A DNA stretch of 64,000 nucleotides from an uncultured bacterium. Lineage in GTDB: Bacteria; Zixibacteria; MSB-5A5; CAIYYT01. Positions 17,342 to 26,414 of this stretch are shown one piece after another. Within the stretch, counting starts at the first letter, position 1; each line of letters starts with the position of its first letter. The notes beneath the pieces are model-generated. The model made no database searches, had not been told where the DNA came from, and worked only from the letters and a program-made list of their open reading frames with translations. The stretch lies in assembly GCA_903930455.1 (NCBI GenBank), contig CAIYYT010000002.1:6479-70478 (forward strand), given 5' to 3'. The position numbers and the translations under genes were made by a program.

Positions 17342-18721
17342 TTATGCTTCGACATTCAGATATGCCCCTGCTTGTGTGATTTCTCCTTTGATGATGGCTC
17401 TTGCGAGTGAGGTTAGGTCGTAAATGTCGTTGTTGTGGCTGGCTTCGAGTATTGTGTTTCCTCGTAGGTGTTTGGTGGTGTACATGGCGAGGATGAGCTC
17501 TTTTAGGTCGCAGTCGTTGATCACGTTGAATGGGTGTGATTCGCTTAGGCCTGCTGTGGTGTTTATGTAGTGGTTGTGGTTGAAGTAGTCGTCCAGTTCT
17601 GGTTCTTTTTCTCGGTAGACTTTGGCTGCCAGCTTGGCAAGCTTTTCCAACAATTCCTCTTTTCTGCCGGTCATGGCGACTTCGTGGTTTTTGAGCATCT
17701 CTTTGATCATCTCTCCCGAGGCGTTTACTCGTATGAATCCGCCTATGGCGTAGGTGTGTACTCGGTGTTCGGTGAAGGCGGCGTTGGCAGTGCTTGCCTC
17801 TTTTGGGGCGAGGTAGTTGAGGTTGGGGAAGCCGATTTGGAAGTTGCCTTTCTCGATCATCCTTTCGGCTGTTTCGATGTTGACGGTGAAGCAGTATCTG
17901 CCTTTGTCGTGTCGCCAGCGTTCGGCTATTTGTCTTGCTTGTTCTCTGATGGCGTGGCGGGGAACCAGAGATGGTAGCATTCGGATGGTTTCGCCTTTTC
18001 GTGTGCAGGTGTAGATAATGCTCTCCGAGTAGGCGATGTTGCGGTAGCCGTCTGAGCGCATCTGGAAGTGGCTAATTGATTCAGTCAGTTTGAGTTTTCC
18101 TTGGTCGTCGGCGATCTGCCCGAGTACGCTCGCCTGCCTGAAGTTTGTAATCGGCAAGGCCTGACTGATCAGGACGCTTTCTTCATCTTGGAAGTCTTCC
18201 AGGGTGAGTATCTGGCTGAGGTCGTAGCTGTTGATGTCGTTGTAGCCAGAAAGCTTGATCTGCTTGCTCTTGCCCTTCAGGAAGTCCCTGAGCGAGTTGA
18301 AGTCACTGTAAATCCTCGAAAGGAGACTGTAAACTGTTTGGTGAGTCCAGTTGGCTACGAGAGTCCTCTTGGCAATAGCGACCAGCTGCAAGTAGCCGAG
18401 GCCGTCGACGAAATACAAATGGTCGCGGATGTCGGCCAGCATCCTCTCAAACATGGTTCCTTCCCGATAATAAGTTCGTTCAGTTGAGTAATTGATGTCG
18501 TGGCTGTAGCCCAGCTCTTTGAGCTCCGTAATCAATTGATCTGGCGCGTTTAGTCTTTGCAGGGTGGTTTCGATGATGTGGCTTGAGTGGTCGCTGCAGC
18601 CCCAGGGGTGGATGCCTCTTAGCAGGACGTCGGCAAGTGAAACTTCCACGATCTTGAAGGTTAGGCGTTTGAATTCGGGGACTTGCTCGTCTGGTATTAG
18701 TGACAGCTGGATAGTTTGCAT
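17342..18721 (-). CDS. Hypothetical 459-aa protein with a SAP-like motif near its C-terminus. It is the third gene of the vWA-MoxR cluster and overlaps the MoxR gene by 25 nt.
   Basis: ATG start. The segment IKEMLKNHEVAMTGRKEELLEKLAKLAAKV resembles a SAP DNA-binding motif. No other recognisable domain. A decayed paralogous C-terminal fragment lies at about 14490..14607. Confidence 0.7.
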   Translation of the reverse strand: MQTIQLSLIPDEQVPEFKRLTFKIVEVSLADVLLRGIHPWGCSDHSSHIIETTLQRLNAPDQLITELKELGYSHDINYSTERTYYREGTMFERMLADIRDHLYFVDGLGYLQLVAIAKRTLVANWTHQTVYSLLSRIYSDFNSLRDFLKGKSKQIKLSGYNDINSYDLSQILTLEDFQDEESVLISQALPITNFRQASVLGQIADDQGKLKLTESISHFQMRSDGYRNIAYSESIIYTCTRKGETIRMLPSLVPRHAIREQARQIAERWRHDKGRYCFTVNIETAERMIEKGNFQIGFPNLNYLAPKEASTANAAFTEHRVHTYAIGGFIRVNASGEMIKEMLKNHEVAMTGRKEELLEKLAKLAAKVYREKEPELDDYFNHNHYINTTAGLSESHPFNVINDCDLKELILAMYTTKHLRGNTILEASHNNDIYDLTSLARAIIKGEITQAGAYLNVEA

Positions 18722-20211
18722 ACAACTTCACCTCCATTGGCGGTTGATTGGTGATGGTTGGAGATTAGTAATTCGAAGGTCTCGAGGTCCTTCTCGATTG
18801 CTTCTCGGGTCTGCTCGATGTCATTGGGATCAAGGTTTTGCTTTCTGGCGAGCTTGGCAACATGGCTGTAGGCAACGATCTTGGCCAAGTCAGACTGCTG
18901 ATCCAGCAACCCCTCTACCTCCTCGACAAATTCGATGCATTCCCCTTGAAGGTTCGGGATACACTTGCTGGATAGCTTCTCGCCGGAGACCTTGCGGCTC
19001 AAACCCTCCAAAAGCTCCCTGGGAACTGTGCCGGGACGGCGTGCCTCTACTTGCAAAGCCGTATAGGCCAGCAGAGTGATGTCTTGCTCGCCATTGATTA
19101 AGTCATTCCAGGCCTTGGAAGCCGCAAACTCTCCCAGGTTTGATGTGAGTAGGATTTCGGCTTTGCGCATCATGTCTTTGGTCGTGAAGAGCTCGTAGAT
19201 GGTGTTGACCTTTTCCATATTCGAACCCTCAGCGAAAAAGCTACTCAACAGGTCGAAGCAGATCTCCATCTTGTGAACTGCCTCTTCTTTCTTGAGTGAT
19301 TCATCGTTCAAACCGACTGGAATGCTGGATTGGACAACGTAGCGAGCTGACTTGACAAAGTCTGGTATCGTTGTGCTGAGCACTTCGGACTTGGCCAATT
19401 CGATGGCCCGATTGGAGAGGATGTTTCGGTAGATAAAGCCCAGCCTTCTACCATCAAGTGAGATGTCGCCTTTGGATTCCCTCATCAGGAGATCGGCAAA
19501 GCGCGCCAAGAACAAGGAAAGCGTTGAGTACTGCTCTCTTAGGGTGTTGAAGTGTCTTGCTGCGGTGTGGAACATCTGGGTCATCTTCTGACCGATTTCC
19601 TTCACTTCCTGCTTGTCAACTGTGCCACTGGTTTGTCCGTTGTTCCAGACTGAGATGGCAGGAGCATCATCGCCGTTGATGTGTCCGGTGACTTTGATGC
19701 GGTCTGCTTCCTCCATCTGCAAGACATCCGGAGGATAAACAAACAAGGCAAATCGGCCGATCAGTGCTTCGTCGAGTGCCTGGGTGGCTGAGTAGTTCAT
19801 GGGGTTCATGGCTGCCCACACCCATTTGACCTTGGTCTCAAATCCCATGATCTTTCGAGAACGGATAATTTCGAGCCATTTGCTCTGAAGTTCGGGGACG
19901 GCGCGATTGAGTTCGTCTATCAGGACTAGTTCCTTGTCCCAGATGGTGACGTTGCTCGGGACATATTCTACGACTCCCTGTTTCAATTTTTCGATGTTGG
20001 GGAAGCCAAGTATGTCCTCGAACATGCATTTGCTTGCGTCGTAGACGAGTGACTTGCGGTTGAGTGCTTGGCCGATTTTGTTGGCCACGTGGGTCTTTGC
20101 GCAACCATGATTGCCAATCAGTAGTAGCGGGTCGCCTGTCAAGAGCGATGACAGGATTAGGTTTTCGTCTTCGTCTTTCCAGCCGTAGATGCCGAGTGTT
20201 TCGAGTATCAT
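18697..20211 (-). CDS. MoxR-like AAA+ ATPase (AAA_5 family) with a C-terminal extension.
   Basis: Walker A LIGNHGCAKTHV. Walker B with NRA: LVLIDELNRA. Sensor/Arg finger AMNPMNYSATQALDEALIGRF. ATG start with AGGAGA SD. Confidence 0.85.
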   Translation of the reverse strand: MILETLGIYGWKDEDENLILSSLLTGDPLLLIGNHGCAKTHVANKIGQALNRKSLVYDASKCMFEDILGFPNIEKLKQGVVEYVPSNVTIWDKELVLIDELNRAVPELQSKWLEIIRSRKIMGFETKVKWVWAAMNPMNYSATQALDEALIGRFALFVYPPDVLQMEEADRIKVTGHINGDDAPAISVWNNGQTSGTVDKQEVKEIGQKMTQMFHTAARHFNTLREQYSTLSLFLARFADLLMRESKGDISLDGRRLGFIYRNILSNRAIELAKSEVLSTTIPDFVKSARYVVQSSIPVGLNDESLKKEEAVHKMEICFDLLSSFFAEGSNMEKVNTIYELFTTKDMMRKAEILLTSNLGEFAASKAWNDLINGEQDITLLAYTALQVEARRPGTVPRELLEGLSRKVSGEKLSSKCIPNLQGECIEFVEEVEGLLDQQSDLAKIVAYSHVAKLARKQNLDPNDIEQTREAIEKDLETFELLISNHHQSTANGGEVVCKLSSCH

Positions 20212-20456
20212 TGTTTTTTCTCCTATCTTCTTTGCCCCTTTGAGGGCAATGAAAAAGGGGAGATCCTCGCTGATGAGGGTTCTCCCCGTGGTTTAAGTTT
20301 GTTGATGATTGTTAGCTGTTGTTGAATTGAGATGAGTGGAGCTATGGTTTGTGGATGATGTCCCCTTTTCCGTTGCGATGTCGCGCCCCAGTCATGGAGG
20401 AACAGCTGTTAGTGGGGCGGACAGTGATTTGTGGTTTCTTCCTGGTTTTCTCCTTT

Positions 20457-21752
20457 CTATTCGCAGACGTCTGAGAGGTTGACGATGTCGCCGAATTTGG
20501 CAAAGTCCTCGCAGGTGGTTGTGCCGTCGAAGAGGATCGTCAAGGTAACGAGCCCCAAGGCTTTAAGTTGTTTTGACAATTCTTCTGACATGTCGGCGTA
20601 ACCATCGGTAATGATGATTGCCTTTTCGAATCGTCTTTCGAGTATTGATTGGGCTATGCAGTTGAAGTCGGTGCCGTAACTTGTCCTGATTTTGCCTTTG
20701 ATCAGATCTTGCATGGTGGTTTCGACTACTATGTTCGAAAACAGGAACAGCGAGGTGACACTGTTTTTCAGCTTGGATAGGACTCCGATGATATTTGGCA
20801 GGTAATCGTTTACGCTTCCAGAGACGTCAAGGTAGATCGCCAGACCCTTTTCTTCAGAGGTTGGTTTGGATGTGTGGTTGTGGAAGTACCCCGGATAAAA
20901 CCCCGAAGCCAACAGTACCAAGTCGCGTTTGGATGGATACAATGGAATGGGTGAAACTCCCACCCGCTGAACCCGAAAGTACTCCTTGAATCGGTCAAGT
21001 TTGCGCTTGGTCAGAAACTTTTGTAGCAGTACTTTCTTTATTGATAGGTGTGTCTTCAACGCCTCCATAAACAGATCAAGCAGTTCAAGGCTGAATCCGG
21101 CGTTTCTTCCTCCTTTGCCGGCGACGCTGCGCTTCAGGTCTTCGGCGATTTTGGAGAGCAGTTCGTTTGGAAAAGAGGTCTCGTGACTCGATGGGTTTCC
21201 GTCGTGGGAGTGGCTGCCGATCAAGACAACAGTTGATAGTCGTTCGCTTTGGGTCAGGATCTTCAAAGTCTGGATCAACTCTCCAGTCGTGAAATGATCG
21301 TGTTCGTCGTTTTGACTGTATAGCCTTTCGTAGACCTTGCTGTACTTGCCTCGCGACATTTCACTCAAGGGCCGCAGTAGCCCAGGCAGTCCTCGATCCG
21401 GATAAAACTTGCGGAACAGACTGCCGTTGCGGGAATAGTCGGTGTATACTTCGCTGATGACAGCATTGATGATTGCATCAGCAGCAATGTTCTCCAGCTC
21501 ACCATTCTCATAGATGAAGTGGCAGAACATTGGATGCAGCAGCTCGTGAAAGACCAGGCTGAACAAGTCTTCTTTACATGTGATATGCTTGTTGATGAAC
21601 CCTGGATTGTACGACAGTTTGCCGTCAACGGTGATCGCCGCCGTCGGAATCCTGTCATCTTCAACGGTTTCGTTAACGAAGCCGGCGACGAAGCTGTCAA
21701 AGCCGAGAGCATCTTTGAGTACTTCTCTCACGGTTTCGAGATTGATTTTCAT
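20457..21752 (-). CDS. DUF2201-type protein: N-terminal putative metallopeptidase-like domain (HExxH) plus a C-terminal vWA domain. This is the vWA partner of the MoxR ATPase.
   Basis: PTAAITVDGKLSYNPGFI...LVFHELLHPMFCHF...NIAADAIINAVI fits the DUF2201_N pattern (AATDGxxLYYNP...HExLH...WNxAxDxAIN). C-terminal IYLDVSGSV is a MIDAS DxSxS motif, followed by ...AIIITDGYAD. ATG start with AGGAGGT SD. Confidence 0.85.
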   Translation of the reverse strand: MKINLETVREVLKDALGFDSFVAGFVNETVEDDRIPTAAITVDGKLSYNPGFINKHITCKEDLFSLVFHELLHPMFCHFIYENGELENIAADAIINAVISEVYTDYSRNGSLFRKFYPDRGLPGLLRPLSEMSRGKYSKVYERLYSQNDEHDHFTTGELIQTLKILTQSERLSTVVLIGSHSHDGNPSSHETSFPNELLSKIAEDLKRSVAGKGGRNAGFSLELLDLFMEALKTHLSIKKVLLQKFLTKRKLDRFKEYFRVQRVGVSPIPLYPSKRDLVLLASGFYPGYFHNHTSKPTSEEKGLAIYLDVSGSVNDYLPNIIGVLSKLKNSVTSLFLFSNIVVETTMQDLIKGKIRTSYGTDFNCIAQSILERRFEKAIIITDGYADMSEELSKQLKALGLVTLTILFDGTTTCEDFAKFGDIVNLSDVCE

Positions 21753-22232
21753 GGTTACCTCCTTTCAAGGCACAAAATGAAAAATGCCCGATGGTCTGCT
21801 TGAGCAATCCGTCAGGCGGTTGATTTGCGTTCTTCTCGATGAATTCATCGCGAAGAGCCATTGATGAGACTTCTCAGAAAAGACTAAAACGCACTCCGAG
21901 AGCACAACGAAACAGGACACAGTGGAGCGAGATATCTACTTAGCGCCGCCTTTGCTTTCGCTCGTCGCCCAGCGACGAATACAAGGGCAACACGGTGGAA
22001 ACTGAAGTTCAATTCACTCTCACCAAGACAGGCAAAGGTGAAGACGATTGTTAGTTCTCATTTAGTCTGAATATCAGATCAACTCTTGCGAGGATCACAA
22101 ACCAGATTGTTACTATCACCCAGTGGGAATGAGCCAATGCTTATAAATCTTTCGCTTATTAAAACTTAGCTCCATTTGAAAAATTAACAAACCCGAACAA
22201 ACAGAAGCTCCAAGAGCCGGCAAGCAAACGAT

Positions 22233-22325
22233 GAGGAAAAAGGAAAAGAAGGAGAAGGAAGAAAAGAGAAAAGGGAAAAGAGGGAGAGAAAAAAGAGAGA
22301 AGGAGAAAGGGAGAAAAGGAAAAAA
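22233..22325 (+). repeat. 93-nt perfect homopurine (GA-only) tract on the plus strand. Purine-rich bias extends over about 22228..22360. Low-complexity, potential triplex/H-DNA-forming element.
   Basis: No C or T between 22233 and 22325. The ORFs called across it (22116..22376, 22159..22404) translate to F/S/L low-complexity strings and are judged spurious. Confidence 0.9.
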
Positions 22326-22419
22326 CGAGAAACGAAGAAAATGAACTAAAAGCAACGAAGCAACGGACCACATCAAAACAATACATCCAGAACTGAATCA
22401 ACAAAAAGGAATCTAGGTC

Positions 22420-22704
22420 CTAAATCCAAGGAACGATCCGAACGTTCCACCACTTGATCGAAGTGCGAATCTCAACCACCATCACCCTTTCCTCCAACGA
22501 CTTCACCCTTCGACACCCCGGATCCTTCCAAACCACCGAATAATCTCCGACAAGAGGACAACGACCAACCCACTTGTGAATCTGCCAGGAAAACACCCTA
22601 TCGACCTTCCGAGGTGCCTGCGCCTCCAAAATCGCCGCCTTGATCACCTGACTGTAATCAATCTCATACATACCAAATCTTACCTTCTGTTTGTATCCTT
22701 CCAT
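22420..22704 (-). CDS. Small hypothetical protein (94 aa) with a weak RelE/ParE-like motif (VGDYSVVW). Possible toxin-like gene in the mobile-element remnant.
   Basis: ORF only. LVGDYSVVWK resembles the RelE VGDYRLIY core. No clear antitoxin partner. Confidence 0.3.
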   Translation of the reverse strand: MEGYKQKVRFGMYEIDYSQVIKAAILEAQAPRKVDRVFSWQIHKWVGRCPLVGDYSVVWKDPGCRRVKSLEERVMVVEIRTSIKWWNVRIVPWI

Positions 22705-22734
22705 CTTAAGCCTCCAGGAGCTCTCACGTGAACT

Positions 22735-22765
22735 CCGTTTTTTTTCAATTTTTCAAAAAAAACGG
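22735..22765. other. Perfect hairpin CCGTTTTTTTT-caatttttc-AAAAAAAACGG (11-bp stem, 9-nt loop) between ORFs 22420..22704 and 22753..23043.
   Basis: Read directly from the sequence. Confidence 0.6.
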
Positions 22766-23009
22766 GGTTCACCAATCACACGGAGACCGGCTTGCTGCAA
22801 AGGACGGTAGGCGACCCCGAAGGGGGAAAGCTTTACTAAATAGTTCGCGATGAGCGAATCTATTAGATAAAGCTTTAGCCGCCGTCCGAGCAGCAAGCAA
22901 CGCCGATTGAACTTCACTGTCCCACCCTCGTCATCTCCTGTCATACCTGTATACCTACTATATTCGAGTTTCGTTACAAATGCCAAGTCGTTGGCCGTTA
23001 GGGAATTCG

Positions 23010-23085
23010 GAGTAACAAAATTGTAACATAATGGTAATCCCAAAAGGCAATTATGTTACCTTTTTCGGCCAATTATGTTACTGCT
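23010..23085. repeat. Iteron-like cluster. The motif GTAACA(A/T)AAT and its complement ATTATGTTAC occur 4-5 times as direct and inverted copies immediately downstream of the replication-relaxation gene.
   Basis: gtaacaaaat-tgtaacataat (23013..23032). aattatgttac at 23049..23059 and 23071..23081. Confidence 0.55.
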
Positions 23086-24004
23086 TTTCAGAAGCTATAT
23101 TATCGGGTTCGGGCTCTTTGTTGAGGGGTAATTGATATTCGAAGGACTGGAAAACTCCGAGAATGGAATACAATCCAGACTTGGTGTCACCCCCCTTTGT
23201 CCAGATCCGAGCTGAGATACCGGACTTAAATAGGGAGTTATGGTCGGCAAGCCAGATGAAGTCGGTTGCGGGAACGGATCTGACCAGTCGGCAGAGCTGG
23301 AGGGAGCGAGCCTCAGTATTTGCCACGAACAGCGTCCGGAATCCCCTAAAAAGTGCCGGCAGTATCTCTTCAAACTGTTTGTAGGATCCGGATCGGAACA
23401 CCTGTTGATAACTGAGAATCTTTTTCCGGATGTCTGTGGTCTTGGTGTCGGAGCTTGACAAAGTCTCGGTGCCCATGTCGACTTCGAGAAAAAAGAGCAA
23501 CGACTTGCCCTGCTTCGTATCGGTTATCGAAAAGATGCCGTCGGGGATGATGCTTGTCGCGATCCGGGAGTCCGGCAAACTGATTTCGCAGCGACCACGA
23601 TCGATCGAGGAAGATAGGAAATCGACTTTCAGGTACGAACGTTGCCTGACCAGCTGAGCCAGGTGAATCCAAACCCAATTGACGAGCAGCTGATGGCCGA
23701 GACTTCTGAAATCGAGATTCGTGATCTGATCGCCGGCTGTGCCGGCATCAATTTCCCCGGAACCTTTCAAAACCTTCAGGCCCAGGGAAGTGAGGCAAAC
23801 CAGGGATTCCGGTCTGCCTGCAGAACTGTCGCTTGGCCGCTCGGCCATCGTAAGGAGCCCGACTGCTCTAAGTTCGCGAACTTTCTTGCGTGCCATCTGC
23901 TGGCTGGGAAAGATCAGCAGGGTCAATTGGGACGTCGTCAGAATGCGATACTCCGCCACAGTCTTGAGTATCTCGATGTCTCTCGGTGTTAGGTCTGCTC
24001 TCAC
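23078..24004 (-). CDS. Replication-relaxation (Replic_Relax) family protein, a plasmid/ICE-associated HTH protein. GTG start.
   Basis: N-terminus MRADLTPRDIEILKTVAEYRILTTSQLTLLIFPS...VRELRAVGLL is the characteristic wHTH of the Replic_Relax family. Size about 308 aa. Confidence 0.75.
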   Translation of the reverse strand: MRADLTPRDIEILKTVAEYRILTTSQLTLLIFPSQQMARKKVRELRAVGLLTMAERPSDSSAGRPESLVCLTSLGLKVLKGSGEIDAGTAGDQITNLDFRSLGHQLLVNWVWIHLAQLVRQRSYLKVDFLSSSIDRGRCEISLPDSRIATSIIPDGIFSITDTKQGKSLLFFLEVDMGTETLSSSDTKTTDIRKKILSYQQVFRSGSYKQFEEILPALFRGFRTLFVANTEARSLQLCRLVRSVPATDFIWLADHNSLFKSGISARIWTKGGDTKSGLYSILGVFQSFEYQLPLNKEPEPDNIASEKQ

Positions 24005-24537
24005 AACGAAGTAGCGGATGAACCAAACAGGCGGTTTCGGCAGTTTGATGTAAGGGATTGACCTCTGACCGAATATTGCTCCACTCCGAAAGCTGGCCCT
24101 TCGGATCCAAAGATTTCCTGTGATCGATTAGGCTGCCTGTGTCGCGGACACATATGGCGTTCCCCTGACCGTCGGGGACAGAATCCGATAAGTCCCGAAA
24201 GAGCACTATCGAAAAATGATTGCACCACTCAGAGCGTGGCTGAAATTCCAGTTCCGTGTGTCCGAGTTGGTTTGACAACGTACATAAGACTCTTCCTTTT
24301 TTAACAGACTCCAAATCCACATGCGACGCACATGGTTGATCCTATAACGTTGATGGCGAGTACGTGATGTCACTACACTCGGCGGAGTGATCAGATTCCC
24401 GGAGGGCTACAGAGCAGGATATTTCACGTACAACGACAGGGAAGAAACGGAATTTACTGGGCTAAATCGAGGTCGTTGCCCTTTGCAGATTTATTCCCTC
24501 GTCCACATGCAACTCTGGCGTTTGGTTAGGCACAGCG

Positions 24538-25500
24538 TCATTCCAGCCAGAATCGGTTAAGATACACGATAACAGGACGTTCTGGCTGATGGGCAAATAG
24601 TATTACTCTTTGGATCGCTTTCATGTCAGTTTCGCGTCCTTTCGGCGCCCTCCTCACCTTTTCCAAGGGAATCCTTATGGAATTCAGGCCTGCCACAAGG
24701 ATTAGCTCACACGTAAAACGATCGCTTTCGCTGAAGTTGTGATGAACATCGTCAATTCTCAGACCAAGATGCAGCGTGTCCTGACTATTCGAAAACGCAT
24801 CAATACGAAGAGTCTTGTACGAACTCCAGTCAGGATATGGTTCTTCAATAGTGACACCGGGATACTCGGACTCGCCTAGACAAAGGCGGGCAACTTGGCT
24901 TTGGCTCAAATCAGACCACCCAACCGGGGGAGAAACTCGGGTCAACGTGGCATCTTGCATCTTGATAAACTGATCGCTCCAACATGAGACGAAATTACAG
25001 ATCTGCGGAAACTCTTGACTTCGCATGACATATGCCGTTACGCTGAAACCGAGTGAGATAAACGCCGAAAGGAAGATCAAGAGTGAAAGCACAAGAAGGA
25101 TATTCCTGACTGCCCCACTCCAAATCTTGGTCCAGCAGGTAATTTTGGAATCGAGTATGAAATACGAACCGAGAAAGGAAGCCGCTCCCAGGGAGTCGCG
25201 CACGACGTCGATGAAGTCAGCATCTCTCTGAAGAAAGTGTTGAATAATTTCTATCGTCACGCCGATAAGGATAGTAATTCCAAACGAAAGAAGATAGTAG
25301 ACTAACTGAGCGTGATTGTATCGAGGAAGAATATTTCGCAGCAAAACTAGGAGTGCGATCGCAAAAACGCCGAATGCAGGCGCATGACATGCATTCTGAA
25401 CTGCCGCCCAGAGCATCGTGCTATCGGGGAGATTGCCGATGACTGTGACTATACCGATCGCGAGGATGATGCAAAGTGATAATGCACTCGATGCTTTCAT
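24538..25500 (-). CDS. VanZ-like family membrane protein with a C-terminal extracytoplasmic extension.
   Basis: Multi-TM N-terminus. Motif IEIIQHFLQRDADFIDVVRDSLGAASFLG fits the VanZ DE..Q...R.....D...N/D..G signature. Confidence 0.7.
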   Translation of the reverse strand: MKASSALSLCIILAIGIVTVIGNLPDSTMLWAAVQNACHAPAFGVFAIALLVLLRNILPRYNHAQLVYYLLSFGITILIGVTIEIIQHFLQRDADFIDVVRDSLGAASFLGSYFILDSKITCWTKIWSGAVRNILLVLSLLIFLSAFISLGFSVTAYVMRSQEFPQICNFVSCWSDQFIKMQDATLTRVSPPVGWSDLSQSQVARLCLGESEYPGVTIEEPYPDWSSYKTLRIDAFSNSQDTLHLGLRIDDVHHNFSESDRFTCELILVAGLNSIRIPLEKVRRAPKGRETDMKAIQRVILFAHQPERPVIVYLNRFWLE

Positions 25501-25670
25501 TGATTAGCCTCCGAGATGACATGAACATAACTTGGATGGCTGGTTCATGTGACAATTCCTTTCCATTGCCGTGGCAAATCGGTACGTAAGGGACTTATTC
25601 TCTAGATGGTCGTGCGCGCCGGATCTTGGTGGGTGTCCATCGGTTGACGTGGATTAAGATTCTGAGCCAT

Positions 25671-26414
25671 TCATGCCTTGACTGAAACACTTGTGTAGAG
25701 AAATTCACTCAAGCCGATGGCACCGATTATCTTGTATTTCAGATCAGGTGATTGGATGTATTTCCGCCGGCAATCCCGATAACCTTCTGAAGTGTAATAC
25801 TTAGTGATATACCCGTGGTGAAAAAGGAATTCCGCGATTCTCTTGAGAGTGAACCTGTGGGGGTGTCCTCTGTCAATACGTGTTATTGCCAATATTCCAT
25901 GCAAGAAGGAACCCCAAGCAGGGTGAACATTAACGGTTAGATATAGGATGCCGTCCGCCTTGAGTACTCGGTAAATCTCCGCTACGAGTCTGTCGGCATT
26001 TCGAACGTGGTCTATGACGTTTTCGATAATGACTAGGTCCATGGAGCTGTCCTCAAACCGCAGTCCTTCTTGCTCGATATCTCATATCTTATATTTGGAC
26101 TCCGGTACTCCACAAGTTCCGGCTGAGTAGAATAGAAATCGCAGAGCGGGTCGATCGCAAATCGTTCGGACGCATCCCGTGAATGCTATGGCTCCTACCG
26201 GCCAGCTTCCCACTTCAAGAACGCGTACCTGAGAGAAGGATCTCCGTTCGCCTAGAAACGCTTTGTTTAGCATTTCCATAAGGTATTCTGAACGCCATTT
26301 GTGATAGGTTAATGGCGGGCGCGCCCCATCTCGTATTCTCTGTGCGGTGGCTTTCCAAAAAAGCCGTTCAATGATTTGCGCTTTCTTCCAACGATCAAGT
26401 GAAATCACGAGCAT
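25671..26414 (-). pseudogene. Class I SAM-dependent methyltransferase interrupted by a single in-frame TGA (minus-strand codon 26084..26082). The N-terminal part carries motif I and the C-terminal part the methyltransferase type-11 region.
   Basis: ORF 26082..26414 ends ...VLEVGSWPVGAIAF...ESKYKI*. The same frame continues DIEQEGLRFEDSSMDLVIIENVIDHV...LKADGILYL (ORF 25671..26042). Confidence 0.55.

Noticed and set aside
22116-22404. Two ORFs translating to F/S/L-rich low-complexity peptides.
   Set aside because: They are read across the homopurine/homopyrimidine tract and are not credible proteins.
22753-23043. 96-aa ORF as a possible antitoxin for the RelE-like small ORF.
   Set aside because: No recognisable antitoxin fold or motif. 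Its 5' end overlaps the iteron-like repeats and its stop lies inside the hairpin, so it is more likely non-coding.
23868-24320. 150-aa ORF overlapping the start of the Replic_Relax gene.
   Set aside because: It overlaps a better-supported gene by about 137 nt in another frame and has no motif. The 24.0-24.5 kb region is treated as intergenic.
26082-26084. Possible UGA reassignment (UGA = Gly or Trp) to explain the in-frame TGA in the methyltransferase.
   Set aside because: Many other genes in the window terminate with TGA at positions matching conserved protein ends, so UGA is a functional stop codon here.
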